In this document: one piece after another, positions 36,936 to 46,746 of the stretch
How positions within the stretch are numbered: the first letter of the stretch is position 1
Layout: each line of letters opens with the position of its first letter
Assembly (NCBI GenBank): GCA_027491435.1
Contig: JAOZFG010000004.1
Coordinates: 64,001-128,000 of the forward strand
Source of the DNA: Thermoproteota archaeon
Lineage (GTDB): Archaea > Korarchaeota > Korarchaeia > Korarchaeales > Korarchaeaceae
Length of the DNA stretch: 64,000 bases
Direction: 5' to 3'
Made by a program: the position numbers and the translations under genes
The notes under the pieces: generated by a model
What the model was told of the DNA's origin: nothing
Database searches by the model: none
What the model saw: the letters and a program-made list of their open reading frames with translations, nothing else

Positions 36936-38212
36936 TGCCAACCCTCCAAAGTTGACCAGTTCCACCTCAACGTCTCGGGAACTGCCATCCCATAGACTAC
37001 AGATCCTCTCCACACGCTGTATTGCGGGTCTGAAACCATCTTGGGCTTTGTTTCAATTCCCAGCTTGGAGAGCATTAGCTTCATCTTGGTGGGCGAGTCA
37101 GTCGCTACCCCCTTGAGAGCGGGTGGAACTGACCAGTTGAAGGCGCCTCCTGATAGTATCAGGTTCTTGGATATGGCAGCCTGTAACTCCACAGGAGTCT
37201 TAGCGATGGCCCTTTTTACCGCCTCAGCCAAGCTAACATTCCCAGGTATAACCTCACCACCTATTAGAGTGTCCTTGGGCGGGGTGAACCCCCTGCTATA
37301 GTAGCTCTCGAAGATCTCGTGGGAGGGGTTGAAGAAGTACTCGCCGATCAGGAACCTCTGCCAGACCTTGTCGCCCATGTCCACCTCGACAGCTGTTCCG
37401 GGTATCCTGAAGACGGACTGGAGTACGCTTGGGTGCTCTTTCGCCCACTTAATGGCCTTATCTAGGTCTATAGGGACAAGGCCCACTGACTCTTTGAATA
37501 TCCTAACGAACTTCTCCTCCCTGGCCAGCTCGGGGTAGCCTAGATCCCTAAGTATTTGAGCAGCTATCCTATCGGAATCGCTCCCTCCCCTGTTTAGCGG
37601 TATAAGGGCCGTCCTTATCACGTCCCTGCTTATGGGCGTTATCTGAGTGTTACCATGACCAGCTTCTATCACTATGCAAGTGGTGGCCCTCTCAGCTATG
37701 GCAACTGCTAGGGGTTGAGGTATTATGGTAACAGCCCTTACCAAGTTCCCCCCTTCCTCAGCGTTCACCTCCTCGTGTATGCTAAACATCCTTTCAAACA
37801 TGTAAGTGGGGGACTGCGCTGCGAGGGAAACCACCACGTAAAATCCGTTGAAGGGGGTCCCGTCAACGGCCTTCTCACCTGGGTAGTACTTCTTCAACCC
37901 ATATCTCACTAGCTCCTTGATTACCCTCCAACCCCTCTCGTCGTTTCTCTCCACTATACCGTTCCTCATGGGGTAGTGTAACCGGGTCAAGTCAGCCCTA
38001 GACTCGAGGTATTCGGTGACCTCGGGGCCGACGATAACCTCTCTCGGAGTAATCCCCCTGATCTCAGCTGAAACCTTTGAGATCTTTGGGAAGTAGCCCC
38101 TGTTCTCAACCACGTCGGGTCCCTTCTTCATTAGCCACCAGGGTCCAAACTTATAGAAGGACGTGCCGAAATCAGAGGCGAACACGTGCTTGCCAGACTT
38201 CGACAGCTTCAC
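36926..38212 (-). CDS. Crenactin (archaeal actin)
   Basis: DFGTS, IPQPLAVAIAE, EAGHGN.Q..PI, LNRGG, RFLIGE, ILSGGAF.W, PQYSVWRG, EGW; collinear with Pyrobaculum crenactin as recalled. Confidence 0.93.
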   Translation of the reverse strand: MKLSKSGKHVFASDFGTSFYKFGPWWLMKKGPDVVENRGYFPKISKVSAEIRGITPREVIVGPEVTEYLESRADLTRLHYPMRNGIVERNDERGWRVIKELVRYGLKKYYPGEKAVDGTPFNGFYVVVSLAAQSPTYMFERMFSIHEEVNAEEGGNLVRAVTIIPQPLAVAIAERATTCIVIEAGHGNTQITPISRDVIRTALIPLNRGGSDSDRIAAQILRDLGYPELAREEKFVRIFKESVGLVPIDLDKAIKWAKEHPSVLQSVFRIPGTAVEVDMGDKVWQRFLIGEYFFNPSHEIFESYYSRGFTPPKDTLIGGEVIPGNVSLAEAVKRAIAKTPVELQAAISKNLILSGGAFNWSVPPALKGVATDSPTKMKLMLSKLGIETKPKMVSDPQYSVWRGSVVYGMAVPETLRWNWSTLEGWHYV

Positions 38213-38813
38213 TCACCTCCACAAGCCTCGTCAGTTCCTCAGCCTTTAACAGTCTTGAGGGTTCCAACTTACCACTCTCCATGTCGACGGGGATCCCTTC
38301 CCTCATAAGGATGAAGGCCTTAACTATGGGTCCGTAGGAGTACCCTCCTACCCTTAAATCGCTTCTCACGACCCTGTGGCAGGGGATTATCAGGGGTATC
38401 GGGTTCTTGGCCATGTAGTTTCCTATCGCCCTGGGAGATGTCCCCACAGCCTTGGCCAGCTCGCTGTACGTGGTGTACCTCCCCTTAGGTATCAGCTTGA
38501 CCGTCTTTAAGGCCTTCACCATCTTCTCCCTAGGTGGCAGCAATACCCTGATCTTTGGAGGGTTAGCCTCCTTTCCTAGGTAAAGCTCGTCGATGTAGTT
38601 AGCTATTATGCTGGTCATCGGGTTGTAGCTGTCCCTATAAAGGAACACCCTTTCCCCCCAGGCAGTTATGCAGTTTATCCTGAGGTCGGCCAACGCCTCC
38701 TCCTCATTCTTAAGGGGTATGGTGTTGCATACCAACCCCTTCCTAGTTATGCCAACCCCAACGTACCCTGAGCTCACCTCTTCCACCGAAATCACTATTT
38801 GCAGTCGCATCAC
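38172..38813 (-). CDS. ogt: Methylated-DNA-protein-cysteine methyltransferase
   Basis: IPKGRYTTYSELA, PRAIG, NP.PLIIPCHRVV. Confidence 0.93.
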   Translation of the reverse strand: MMRLQIVISVEEVSSGYVGVGITRKGLVCNTIPLKNEEEALADLRINCITAWGERVFLYRDSYNPMTSIIANYIDELYLGKEANPPKIRVLLPPREKMVKALKTVKLIPKGRYTTYSELAKAVGTSPRAIGNYMAKNPIPLIIPCHRVVRSDLRVGGYSYGPIVKAFILMREGIPVDMESGKLEPSRLLKAEELTRLVEVSEAVEVWQARVRL

Positions 38814-38870
38814 CCTTCAGGAGGTGACCTCCCACTCGTCTTATTTAAAGGGAATCTGGGCAGCGGTAAT

Positions 38871-39920
38871 ATGATGGAAGTAATACGGGTGGATGGGAGT
38901 TACGGGGAAGGAGGGGGCTCGATACTAAGGTATGCCCTGGCCTTATCCGCTGTCACCATGAAGCCAGTCGAGGTCTACAATATTAGGGCAAAGAGGAGCA
39001 ATCCAGGGTTGAGACCACAACACCTAAATGCGGTGAGGGCTTTAGCGATGATATCATCGGCTAAAGTAGAGGGGGCTTACGTGGGATCGATGAGGATCTA
39101 CTTCGAGCCGAGAAGCCGCACAGGAGGGAACTTCAAGGTAGACATAGGCACCGCTGGGAGCATAAGCCTGATAATACAAGCCATACTGCCGGCCGCCCTT
39201 TTCTCCGAAAGGGAAAGCAGGTTCACCATAAGGGGAGGGACCGATGTCAGGTTCGCGCCCCCCATAGACTACATGAGGGAAGTCTTCTTGAAGAACATGA
39301 AGAGGTTAATGGGGGTTGAGGCTGAGATAAGGGTGATTAAGAGGGGGCATTACCCTAAGGGCGGTGGTCTAGTTGAGCTTACGGTGAAGCCCTCTGAGTT
39401 GAAGCCATTCAAGGCCGTTGAAAGAGAAGAAGTAAGCTCAATAATGGGGAGAGCCCACGCCGTTAAGTTGCCTAAACATGTCGCGGACAGAATAGCCTCT
39501 TCAGCCGAGTCAATCCTTAGGGAGAGGGGATTCCGGGTGAGCGTAGAGAGGGAATGGTCCAAGAACGATCATCTAGGTCCCGGCGCTGGGATAACCTTAT
39601 GGACTGAAGGTGAAGTGGCAATCGGGGGAGATTCATTAGGAGAGAGGGGAAAGCCCAGCGAAAAGGTGGGGCGAGAGGCAGCCCTCAAACTTCTTAATGA
39701 GCTAGGGACGGGAATGGCCTTGGATAGTCACATGGGAGACATGATAATTCCCTATATGGCCCTAGCCAAGGGCGAATCCGTGGTCGGCATATCCCAGCTT
39801 ACGATGCACGCAATCTCCAACATATGGCTGACTGAGAAGTTCCTTCCTGTGAAGTTCAACGTTGAGGGCCAGCATGGGAAGCCTGCTAAGGTCTCTGTGA
39901 TGGGAAGTGGTCTTCCATGA
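38871..39920 (+). CDS. rtcA: RNA 3'-terminal phosphate cyclase
   Basis: DGSYGEGGG.ILR, RSNPGLRPQH, GGTDV, RGHYPKGGG, catalytic TMH. Confidence 0.95.
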   Translation: MMEVIRVDGSYGEGGGSILRYALALSAVTMKPVEVYNIRAKRSNPGLRPQHLNAVRALAMISSAKVEGAYVGSMRIYFEPRSRTGGNFKVDIGTAGSISLIIQAILPAALFSERESRFTIRGGTDVRFAPPIDYMREVFLKNMKRLMGVEAEIRVIKRGHYPKGGGLVELTVKPSELKPFKAVEREEVSSIMGRAHAVKLPKHVADRIASSAESILRERGFRVSVEREWSKNDHLGPGAGITLWTEGEVAIGGDSLGERGKPSEKVGREAALKLLNELGTGMALDSHMGDMIIPYMALAKGESVVGISQLTMHAISNIWLTEKFLPVKFNVEGQHGKPAKVSVMGSGLP

Positions 39921-41578
39921 ACATGGACGAGCTGGAGTTCAGGAGGCTGGTTAAGTACGTGGCCGAGAAATCCGGCCTATCGGAGGAAGAGGTTCTAGAA
40001 AGGGTTAACAAGTACATACAGGAGATGTCCGGTTTAATAAAACTGGACGGAGCGCTCTACCTCGTGGCTAGCGATTTAAACGTGGAATTGCCCATGCCCG
40101 GCTCTCCTGTACACGAGACCATACAGATAGGGAAGCTCGTCCCAGGGATGAGGAGGGCGGTAGTCGAGGGAAGGATAGTCAAGATGTACGGGGTTATAAA
40201 ATACGTGAACAAGAGTGGTGAGCCTTCAGAGAGGCTCGAGTTCAGAATAGAAGACGAAACCGGGGAGGCCGTCGTGGTGATCTGGTCTAAGAGCATGGTA
40301 GATTCTTTGAGGGATAAGCTCAAGGAAGGTGATGTGATCAGAATAATAAACGCCAGGGTCAGCCACAGCTATGGAGAGCTGAGTTTACACGTGGACTCCT
40401 CAGGGGAGGTTGAGCTAATTAGATCCTCTCAGGGTTATCCGCTCGTCAACGAGAGGGTGTATACCGTGTCAAACATCCCCATGAAACATGGAGAGGAGGT
40501 CGACGTTAAAGGCAGGGTCGTCAGGATGTTCGAACCGTCCACATTTGAAAGACAGGACGGGAGCCTTGGGAGGAGATCCTCTTTTCTGCTGGGAGATGAT
40601 GAGAGTTCTATAAGGGTAGTGCTCTGGGGCTCTCAGGCCGACAACGTCACCAAGCTTAAGGTGGGCTCCCAGGTCCTGATAAGGAACGCTAGGGTGGTAA
40701 TAAGGGATTTCGGCATTGAACTCCACAGCTCTCCCAGGACTAAGATAGAGGTGTTAGGTGAGACCGAGGACTTATATCATGAGTTTAAAGTGCTGTACAG
40801 ATTTGAGCCAGAAGTATTGAGCGTGAAGAAGTTAGTCTACATGGACTTACTCGTGCAATCGGATAGCAAGAGGTCCATACTCAGGGTATGGGGAGAAGAC
40901 ATGGTGTCTAAGCTCTCATCTGCTCTGCTGCCAGCTATCATAAGGGTGAAAGGGACTTATTCCAGGGATGGTATACTCCACCTGGGTAAGAGCGGTAGCT
41001 TAGAGTTAGTGGAGGAGGGGGTTGGAGAGCTCCCTGAAGGGATTGCTAGGCTAGCTAGACAGGTTAAATACAAGAGATCATGGATAGGAGAGTCGTCAGA
41101 CGGTTACAGGGAGTTCAGGGGAACCATAACATGGGTTAGCGAGAGGGCCCGGATAAGTTGGTACTGCCCTAACTGCGGATCCCGCGTTGAGTACGAATAT
41201 GACAGGTTCTTCTGCCCTAACTGCGGTGAAATAGAGGATGCCGAACCTCTCTTAGGATTTTCCTTCATGATAGATGACGGTACGGGCGTAGCCAGGGTTC
41301 AAGTCTACGGGAGGAGGGCAGAGCTCTTGTTAGGGGCCAAGACGCTAGAAGTCATAGAGAAGGCCAACGAGTATGGCGAGGAGGACTTCTCCATACCGTT
41401 GGACTTCCTCTCCCAGGAATTGGTCGGAAAGGAGGTAGTAGTCAGGGGGAAGGCAGCCTACCTGGAAACGGGCATGGTCAGAGTCATACTGGACGAGATG
41501 GAGGATGCTGACTTAAGGGAAGAGGCTGAAAAGCTGGCTGACGAAATCGAGAGAATCTGGTTAAACGTCGAGAGATGA
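39917..41578 (+). CDS. rpa: Replication protein A large subunit (multiple OB folds plus Zn finger)
   Basis: Repeated OB signatures (IEDETG, LGDDE, IDDGTG), CPNC..CPNC. Confidence 0.88.
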   Translation: MNMDELEFRRLVKYVAEKSGLSEEEVLERVNKYIQEMSGLIKLDGALYLVASDLNVELPMPGSPVHETIQIGKLVPGMRRAVVEGRIVKMYGVIKYVNKSGEPSERLEFRIEDETGEAVVVIWSKSMVDSLRDKLKEGDVIRIINARVSHSYGELSLHVDSSGEVELIRSSQGYPLVNERVYTVSNIPMKHGEEVDVKGRVVRMFEPSTFERQDGSLGRRSSFLLGDDESSIRVVLWGSQADNVTKLKVGSQVLIRNARVVIRDFGIELHSSPRTKIEVLGETEDLYHEFKVLYRFEPEVLSVKKLVYMDLLVQSDSKRSILRVWGEDMVSKLSSALLPAIIRVKGTYSRDGILHLGKSGSLELVEEGVGELPEGIARLARQVKYKRSWIGESSDGYREFRGTITWVSERARISWYCPNCGSRVEYEYDRFFCPNCGEIEDAEPLLGFSFMIDDGTGVARVQVYGRRAELLLGAKTLEVIEKANEYGEEDFSIPLDFLSQELVGKEVVVRGKAAYLETGMVRVILDEMEDADLREEAEKLADEIERIWLNVER

Positions 41579-41584
41579 CCCAAA

Positions 41585-42235
41585 ATGAGGATAATAATGG
41601 ACGATAGGGAGCCTGCCACCATAGAGGCCATCTTGAGGTCTAGAAACGTCAGGGTTGAAAAGAAGAGGATAGAAGTGGCCGACTATTTAGTTGGCCCGGA
41701 GGTGTGCGTCGAGCGGAAGACGGTTTCCGACTTCCTGAAGTCAATATACGAGGGAAGGCTTCAAGATCAGGTCAGCAACATGCTTGACTCCTGTTCCAAG
41801 GTCATAGTAGTGGTCGAGGGGAGGCCTCATTACGTTAAAGGCAATGCGAGGCTCCACATGCTCGGAGCGTTGGCCTCTCTAGCCTATAAAGGGGCATCCA
41901 CTGTGACCACGCTTACGATGGAAGACACAGCTCTCTTCCTGGTTTACCTGGCCAGGAAAATACAAGGAACTCAGGACAAGGTGATGCCGATCATCAGGAG
42001 GAAGAGGCCCAAGGGATGGGAGAACGCCCTGGCCATACTAACCAGCTTTCCGGGTATAGGGGTGAAGTCGGCTGAAAAGGTGTTAAGGGAATACAGGAAC
42101 TTGAGGGAGGTCTTTACATCAGATTTTAACAAGCTCAGAAAGGTTTTGGGGGACTATAGGGCCAGGAAGATGGTAGAAACGCTCGACACACCGTTCAAGA
42201 TAGTTAAGGAGGAGAAGCTTGAGGATCAGGGGTAA
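41585..42235 (+). CDS. xpf: Short XPF/ERCC4 structure-specific nuclease
   Basis: DDRE, ADY..., ERKTVSDF..SI.EGRL..Q; HhH FPGIG.K. Confidence 0.92.
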   Translation: MRIIMDDREPATIEAILRSRNVRVEKKRIEVADYLVGPEVCVERKTVSDFLKSIYEGRLQDQVSNMLDSCSKVIVVVEGRPHYVKGNARLHMLGALASLAYKGASTVTTLTMEDTALFLVYLARKIQGTQDKVMPIIRRKRPKGWENALAILTSFPGIGVKSAEKVLREYRNLREVFTSDFNKLRKVLGDYRARKMVETLDTPFKIVKEEKLEDQG

Positions 42236-43533
42236 AGTCTAGTGGGCGTTCTTGGGAAGGCTATGGCATCTCTAACGTGTCCTATTCCAGTTATCCACCT
42301 GACCAGCCTCTCTACCCCCAACCCAAACCCAGAATGAGGGACGCTGCCGTACCTCCTTAGGTCCAAATACCATTGGTAATCGTCTGGATTAAGCCCCTCC
42401 TCCCTTATCCTGCCTAGCAGCTCATCCAAGTCCTCTATCCTCTGACCTCCCCCCACTATTTCCCCTATTCCCTCTGGGGCTAAGAGGTCGGCGCAGAGGA
42501 CCACTTCTCCCCTGTTAGGATCCGGCTTATGGTAGAAGGCCTTGGCCTCCTTAGGGTACCTGTGGACAAACACCGGCACGTCGAACTCGAGGGATATGGT
42601 CCTCTCAGCTTCAGTTCCCAGGTCATCCCCCCAGGATATATCTACCCCCTTACTCTGAGCTATGTCCACCGCTTCATCGTAGGAAATCCTCGGGAACCTC
42701 TCCTCTACAGGGTTAAACTTCCTGTTCAACGCCTTCAGGTTCTCAGAAGCCTTATCCACCACCTCGTGGGTTACATAGGTAATTAAGGACTCCACCACGT
42801 CCATCATGCCGTCCAAATCGGCCCACGCCATCTCAGCTTCAGCGTGCCAAAATTCAGTTAAGTGCCTCCTAGTCCTGGACTTCTCAGCCCTAAAGCTGGG
42901 TTGAATTGTGTAGACGTTTTCGAATGCGAATATCAAGGCCTCCAGGTAGAACTGGGAGCTTTGCGTTAGATAAGCCTTCCTGCCGAAGTAAGGTACCTCG
43001 AAGAGAGTAGCTCCTCCTTCCACGGCAGCGCCGACGAACGTAGGCGCTTCAACCCTAACAAAACCGTTCTCTCGGAACCACCTATCTACAGCTGAGATGA
43101 CGACCTCCCTTACTTTTAATACGTTTCTCATGTAAGTGCTCCTGATGTGGAGGTGCCTATTGTCCAGAAGAAACTCCTCGCCAGCTCCCGGCCTGATCGG
43201 ATAGTTCTCCGAGGGGCCTATCAACCTGAAGTCCCTGGCCACCACCTCGACTCCACCGGGGGCCCTAGGATCTCTCCTCACGACGCCCTTTACCCATATT
43301 GATGACTCAATCCCTGCCTTTCTGGCCTCGTCCACCCTCTCCTTTGGAAGGTTTCCCTCTTTGAAAACAACTTGAACAGCTCCCGTGGAGTCCCTGAGCC
43401 TGAGAAACAACAACCCCCCTAGCTCGCTCCTCCTGTACACCCAGCCCTGAAGAGATACCTCCTCCCCTTCATCGAGGGACCAGAGCTCCTTTACGAAGTG
43501 CGTTCTACTACCGAATTTCCACAAGCGAGACAC
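42226..43533 (-). CDS. asnS: Asparaginyl-tRNA synthetase
   Basis: YLTQSSQFY, FRAEKSRTRRHLTEFW, WYLDLRRYGSVPHSGFGLGVER. Confidence 0.95.
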   Translation of the reverse strand: MSRLWKFGSRTHFVKELWSLDEGEEVSLQGWVYRRSELGGLLFLRLRDSTGAVQVVFKEGNLPKERVDEARKAGIESSIWVKGVVRRDPRAPGGVEVVARDFRLIGPSENYPIRPGAGEEFLLDNRHLHIRSTYMRNVLKVREVVISAVDRWFRENGFVRVEAPTFVGAAVEGGATLFEVPYFGRKAYLTQSSQFYLEALIFAFENVYTIQPSFRAEKSRTRRHLTEFWHAEAEMAWADLDGMMDVVESLITYVTHEVVDKASENLKALNRKFNPVEERFPRISYDEAVDIAQSKGVDISWGDDLGTEAERTISLEFDVPVFVHRYPKEAKAFYHKPDPNRGEVVLCADLLAPEGIGEIVGGGQRIEDLDELLGRIREEGLNPDDYQWYLDLRRYGSVPHSGFGLGVERLVRWITGIGHVRDAIAFPRTPTRLYP

Positions 43534-43576
43534 CCCCGACTGACGATAGGGTAAAAGCTATCCTACTTAATAACCC

Positions 43577-44902
43577 TTGGTGCCAAAGGTGGAACTAAGG
43601 CGGGCCGTTAACTTACTAGCCAGTAGGGGTCTGCTGGATACAGTCGATAGGAGGTCGGTGATCTATCAGATAGCTAGGGAGCTCAAGATAAGGGACGGTA
43701 AGAGGGCACTCTTGGTTAAAGAACCAATCCTCCCAAGCGGTGAGAGGTCCGGGATCAGGGTGGTCGGGGGTATAGCCACGAGCAGGGAGACAATATCCGC
43801 CGCTACGGGCCTACCCTACTCAAAGCTGAGGGAGCGCATGAAAGAGGCTATAAAGAATAGGGTCCCGCCATCTAGAGGTTCCCCATTGTGGAAGAGGGCC
43901 AACCTCAGCTTACACGAATTGCCTATACTGAAACACTATCAAGGAGAACCGGGAAGGTATTTGACGTCCTCAATAGTCATATTCAGGGACGAATCCGGCA
44001 ACTACTCAGCATCTTACCACAGAATGCTCCTTCTTCCAGGAAATAGGGTGGTTCTCAGGGCAGTAGAGGGGAGGAAACTCCACAGGACAATATCCAAGTT
44101 TAGAGAGATTGGGGAGGATTTGCCAGTAGCAGTCTCCATAGGATCCCCAGTCGACGTGATGCTGGCTTCGGCGATGCCTGCCGAAGGTTACGATAAGCTC
44201 TCAATAGCCGGCGCCATTTCAGGAAGGTCAGTCCCAATATCGCCTTGCGAGGATGTAGACGCTTGGGCACCTTCGGAGTCAGAGATAGTTCTGTGCGGCA
44301 GGATAACCGGAAAAGATGAGAGAGAAGGACCTTTCTACGAGATATTAGGCAAGGATATCGTTAGAAGACAACCAGTCATGGAGGTCGATGAGATTCACCT
44401 CAGGGAAGGCGCCATATATCAGGCCATACTGCCGGCCAGCAGGGAGCACGAGCTCTTAATGGGGATGCCAGTCGAGCCTCTGATAATGGAGAGGGTCTCT
44501 GAAGTGGCTGATGTGGTTGACGTGGCCATGACCCCAGGGGGAGGTGGGTGGATAGAGGTCGCCATCTCCATAAGAAAGGAGAACGATGATCAGCCAGCCT
44601 TAGTGGGTTTAATGGCGATTTCAGCTCATAAGAGTCTTAAGAAGGTCATAGTGGTGGACGAGGACGTTAACGTGAACGACTACGTTGAAGTCATGAAGGC
44701 CGTCGTCCAGAGGGCACACCTTCCTGACGATTACAAGTTTATATCTGGAGTTAAGGGCTCCTCCCTCGATCACAGTAACCTCAGGTACGTCCAAGTGGAT
44801 GGAGAGATCAGGTTGATCAAGCTTCCCCAAGGAAAACTCATAATAGATGCCACCAAGAAGGGGCCGAAGGAGCTATTCGAACCCCCCGTAATCCCCGAGT
44901 GA
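43577..44902 (+). CDS. UbiD-family (prFMN) decarboxylase
   Basis: LPILKHY, SYHRM, EGPF.E, VIVVDEDV, SSLD, IIDAT. Confidence 0.9.
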   Translation: MVPKVELRRAVNLLASRGLLDTVDRRSVIYQIARELKIRDGKRALLVKEPILPSGERSGIRVVGGIATSRETISAATGLPYSKLRERMKEAIKNRVPPSRGSPLWKRANLSLHELPILKHYQGEPGRYLTSSIVIFRDESGNYSASYHRMLLLPGNRVVLRAVEGRKLHRTISKFREIGEDLPVAVSIGSPVDVMLASAMPAEGYDKLSIAGAISGRSVPISPCEDVDAWAPSESEIVLCGRITGKDEREGPFYEILGKDIVRRQPVMEVDEIHLREGAIYQAILPASREHELLMGMPVEPLIMERVSEVADVVDVAMTPGGGGWIEVAISIRKENDDQPALVGLMAISAHKSLKKVIVVDEDVNVNDYVEVMKAVVQRAHLPDDYKFISGVKGSSLDHSNLRYVQVDGEIRLIKLPQGKLIIDATKKGPKELFEPPVIPE

Positions 44903-44948
44903 TTTCGTTTATTTTTTATACCCCCATGCCCCTGGATTACACGAGGGG

Positions 44949-46067
44949 TTGTGGGATAGGGTGAAGGGACCTAGAGTAATAACGGGGATGGTTAAGACCA
45001 ATGTTCATGACCATTACCTCTACAAGATTCAGATGGGCGAGCTCGAGTCCCTACTTAAGGCCCTGGGTTACAGGATAATAGAGAGGATCATACAGGTGAG
45101 ACCTAAAACCACTGTAGACTACGTGTTCGGCAAGGGAAAGGTGGAGGAGATTAAAGCTAGGGTCAGGGCCTTAGACCCAGAGGCATTCGTAATATATAAC
45201 ACGCTCAGCAGCAAGCAGAAGTGGAACTTGGAGAGGGCCTTGGGCGTCGAAGTCATCGACAGATATGACGTGACCCTCATGATCTTCAGGGAGGCGGCGA
45301 GCGACGTTTTGTCGAAACTTCAGATAGAGCTGGCGACCTTGGAGAAATCCTTCCCTTACATAAAGCTATCAGCCTCTATGAAGTACAAGAAGATGAGAGC
45401 AGGCTTTAGGGGCGGGGGAGAATACGCCTATCATAAGCAGCTCAGAGCAGTTCAGAAGAGAATGAAAATACTGAAGAAGAAGATAGAGAAGTTGAGCGCT
45501 CATAAGGAAATGGAAATATTGAAGAGGTTGGAAGACGGATCCAAGATCTCCGTGCTGACCGGATATTACAACGCGGGTAAGACAAGCCTGTTCAACGCTT
45601 TGACAGGGTTTAACAAGCCAATTAGTGACATGCCCTTCACTACCCTGTCCAGCAAGTACGGAGCAATAAACGACAGGGAGCTCTACCTGGTTGACACGAT
45701 AGGCTTCGTCTTGGACCTGGACCCAAGGCTTATAGCGTCTTTCAAGATAAACCTACTCGATATAAAGTACTCTGAGAGGCCAGTTTTGGTCGTTGACACG
45801 TCTGATGACGATCTGGTGATGAGGATAAAGATAAGGGAATCGATGAAGGTATTAGAATCGGTGGGCAAGGATCTCAGATCCATAGTTGTGGCCGCCAACA
45901 AGGTGGATGAGCTCACCCAAGAGGAGATTAAGAGGAAAACTAGGCTGATAAGGGATGTTTTGGGGGTGGACGTGCCAATAATACCCGTCTCAGCCAAGGA
46001 TGGCATTGGTCTAGATGACCTTGTAAGAGAGCTGACTAGGGAGTCTGTAGCGGTTAGGGTAAGGTGA
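44949..46067 (+). CDS. hflX: Ribosome-associated GTPase HflX
   Basis: GKGKVEE, KLQIELA, GYYNAGKT, FTTL, DTIGF, NKVD. Confidence 0.93.
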   Translation: MWDRVKGPRVITGMVKTNVHDHYLYKIQMGELESLLKALGYRIIERIIQVRPKTTVDYVFGKGKVEEIKARVRALDPEAFVIYNTLSSKQKWNLERALGVEVIDRYDVTLMIFREAASDVLSKLQIELATLEKSFPYIKLSASMKYKKMRAGFRGGGEYAYHKQLRAVQKRMKILKKKIEKLSAHKEMEILKRLEDGSKISVLTGYYNAGKTSLFNALTGFNKPISDMPFTTLSSKYGAINDRELYLVDTIGFVLDLDPRLIASFKINLLDIKYSERPVLVVDTSDDDLVMRIKIRESMKVLESVGKDLRSIVVAANKVDELTQEEIKRKTRLIRDVLGVDVPIIPVSAKDGIGLDDLVRELTRESVAVRVR

Positions 46068-46142
46068 TCGAGGGACACGGTTTAATCGTATTATATACGC
46101 AACATTTTTATTTTTGTAAGGATACCCGGCACGGGTATCTTC

Positions 46143-46721
46143 ATGAAAGCCAGTAACTTCAATAGGCCCATTAGCAAGGCCATCGGCCTTATAGCTCTGT
46201 TAGGAGCCCTAGGAAACCTTTTATCCATACTTTCGACTGCCCTAGGGAACATACACCCTCAGATAGCCGTAGACCTTTCACACATAGCCACCATAATGGC
46301 AGCTTCTATGATGGGAGCCATCGGAGGCCTGGCGGTGGGCGCCATATCCTCAATAACTCCCTACATCAGGTTCGGCCCCATGGGGTACCTGGGGCCCCTT
46401 GTGGGGCTACTCATCTTCCCAGGCAAGGCAATGACAGGGGCCTTTGCTGGGATCCTTATAGAGAAACTCAAGAGGCCGTCAATATCCCTGATAATAGGTT
46501 ACGTGCCGGAATCTCTGTTCACATGGCTCTCCTTCAAGGTCTGGATACCCTTGCTCCTTCCTCAAATGTCCCGGTGGATAACCGATCCCATAGTCTACGG
46601 GATACTGATAAAGGCTTGGTTTGAGATTTTGATAATAGCAGCACTATCTGAGAAGTTAGTACCTAAGGTGTGTGATGTGGTCGGAAATTGTCTTATAACA
46701 AGCTTAAATATAAAAACCTAA
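46143..46721 (+). CDS. ECF-transporter S-component-like membrane protein
   Basis: ~190 aa, about 6 TM segments, DLSHI....A...G...G..VG pattern. Confidence 0.65.
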   Translation: MKASNFNRPISKAIGLIALLGALGNLLSILSTALGNIHPQIAVDLSHIATIMAASMMGAIGGLAVGAISSITPYIRFGPMGYLGPLVGLLIFPGKAMTGAFAGILIEKLKRPSISLIIGYVPESLFTWLSFKVWIPLLLPQMSRWITDPIVYGILIKAWFEILIIAALSEKLVPKVCDVVGNCLITSLNIKT

Positions 46722-46746
46722 TATTTATGATGATCGTAAAAACGTA

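Noticed and set aside
28700-39920. ThpR, Clp1 and RtcA as a dedicated RNA-repair system
   Set aside because: They are dispersed in separate transcription units and are common archaeal housekeeping genes.
41576-41587. rpa TGA in frame with xpf (possible selenocysteine/readthrough fusion); likewise porD-porA
   Set aside because: Downstream genes have their own ATG, and there is no Cys-equivalent context or SECIS-like element.
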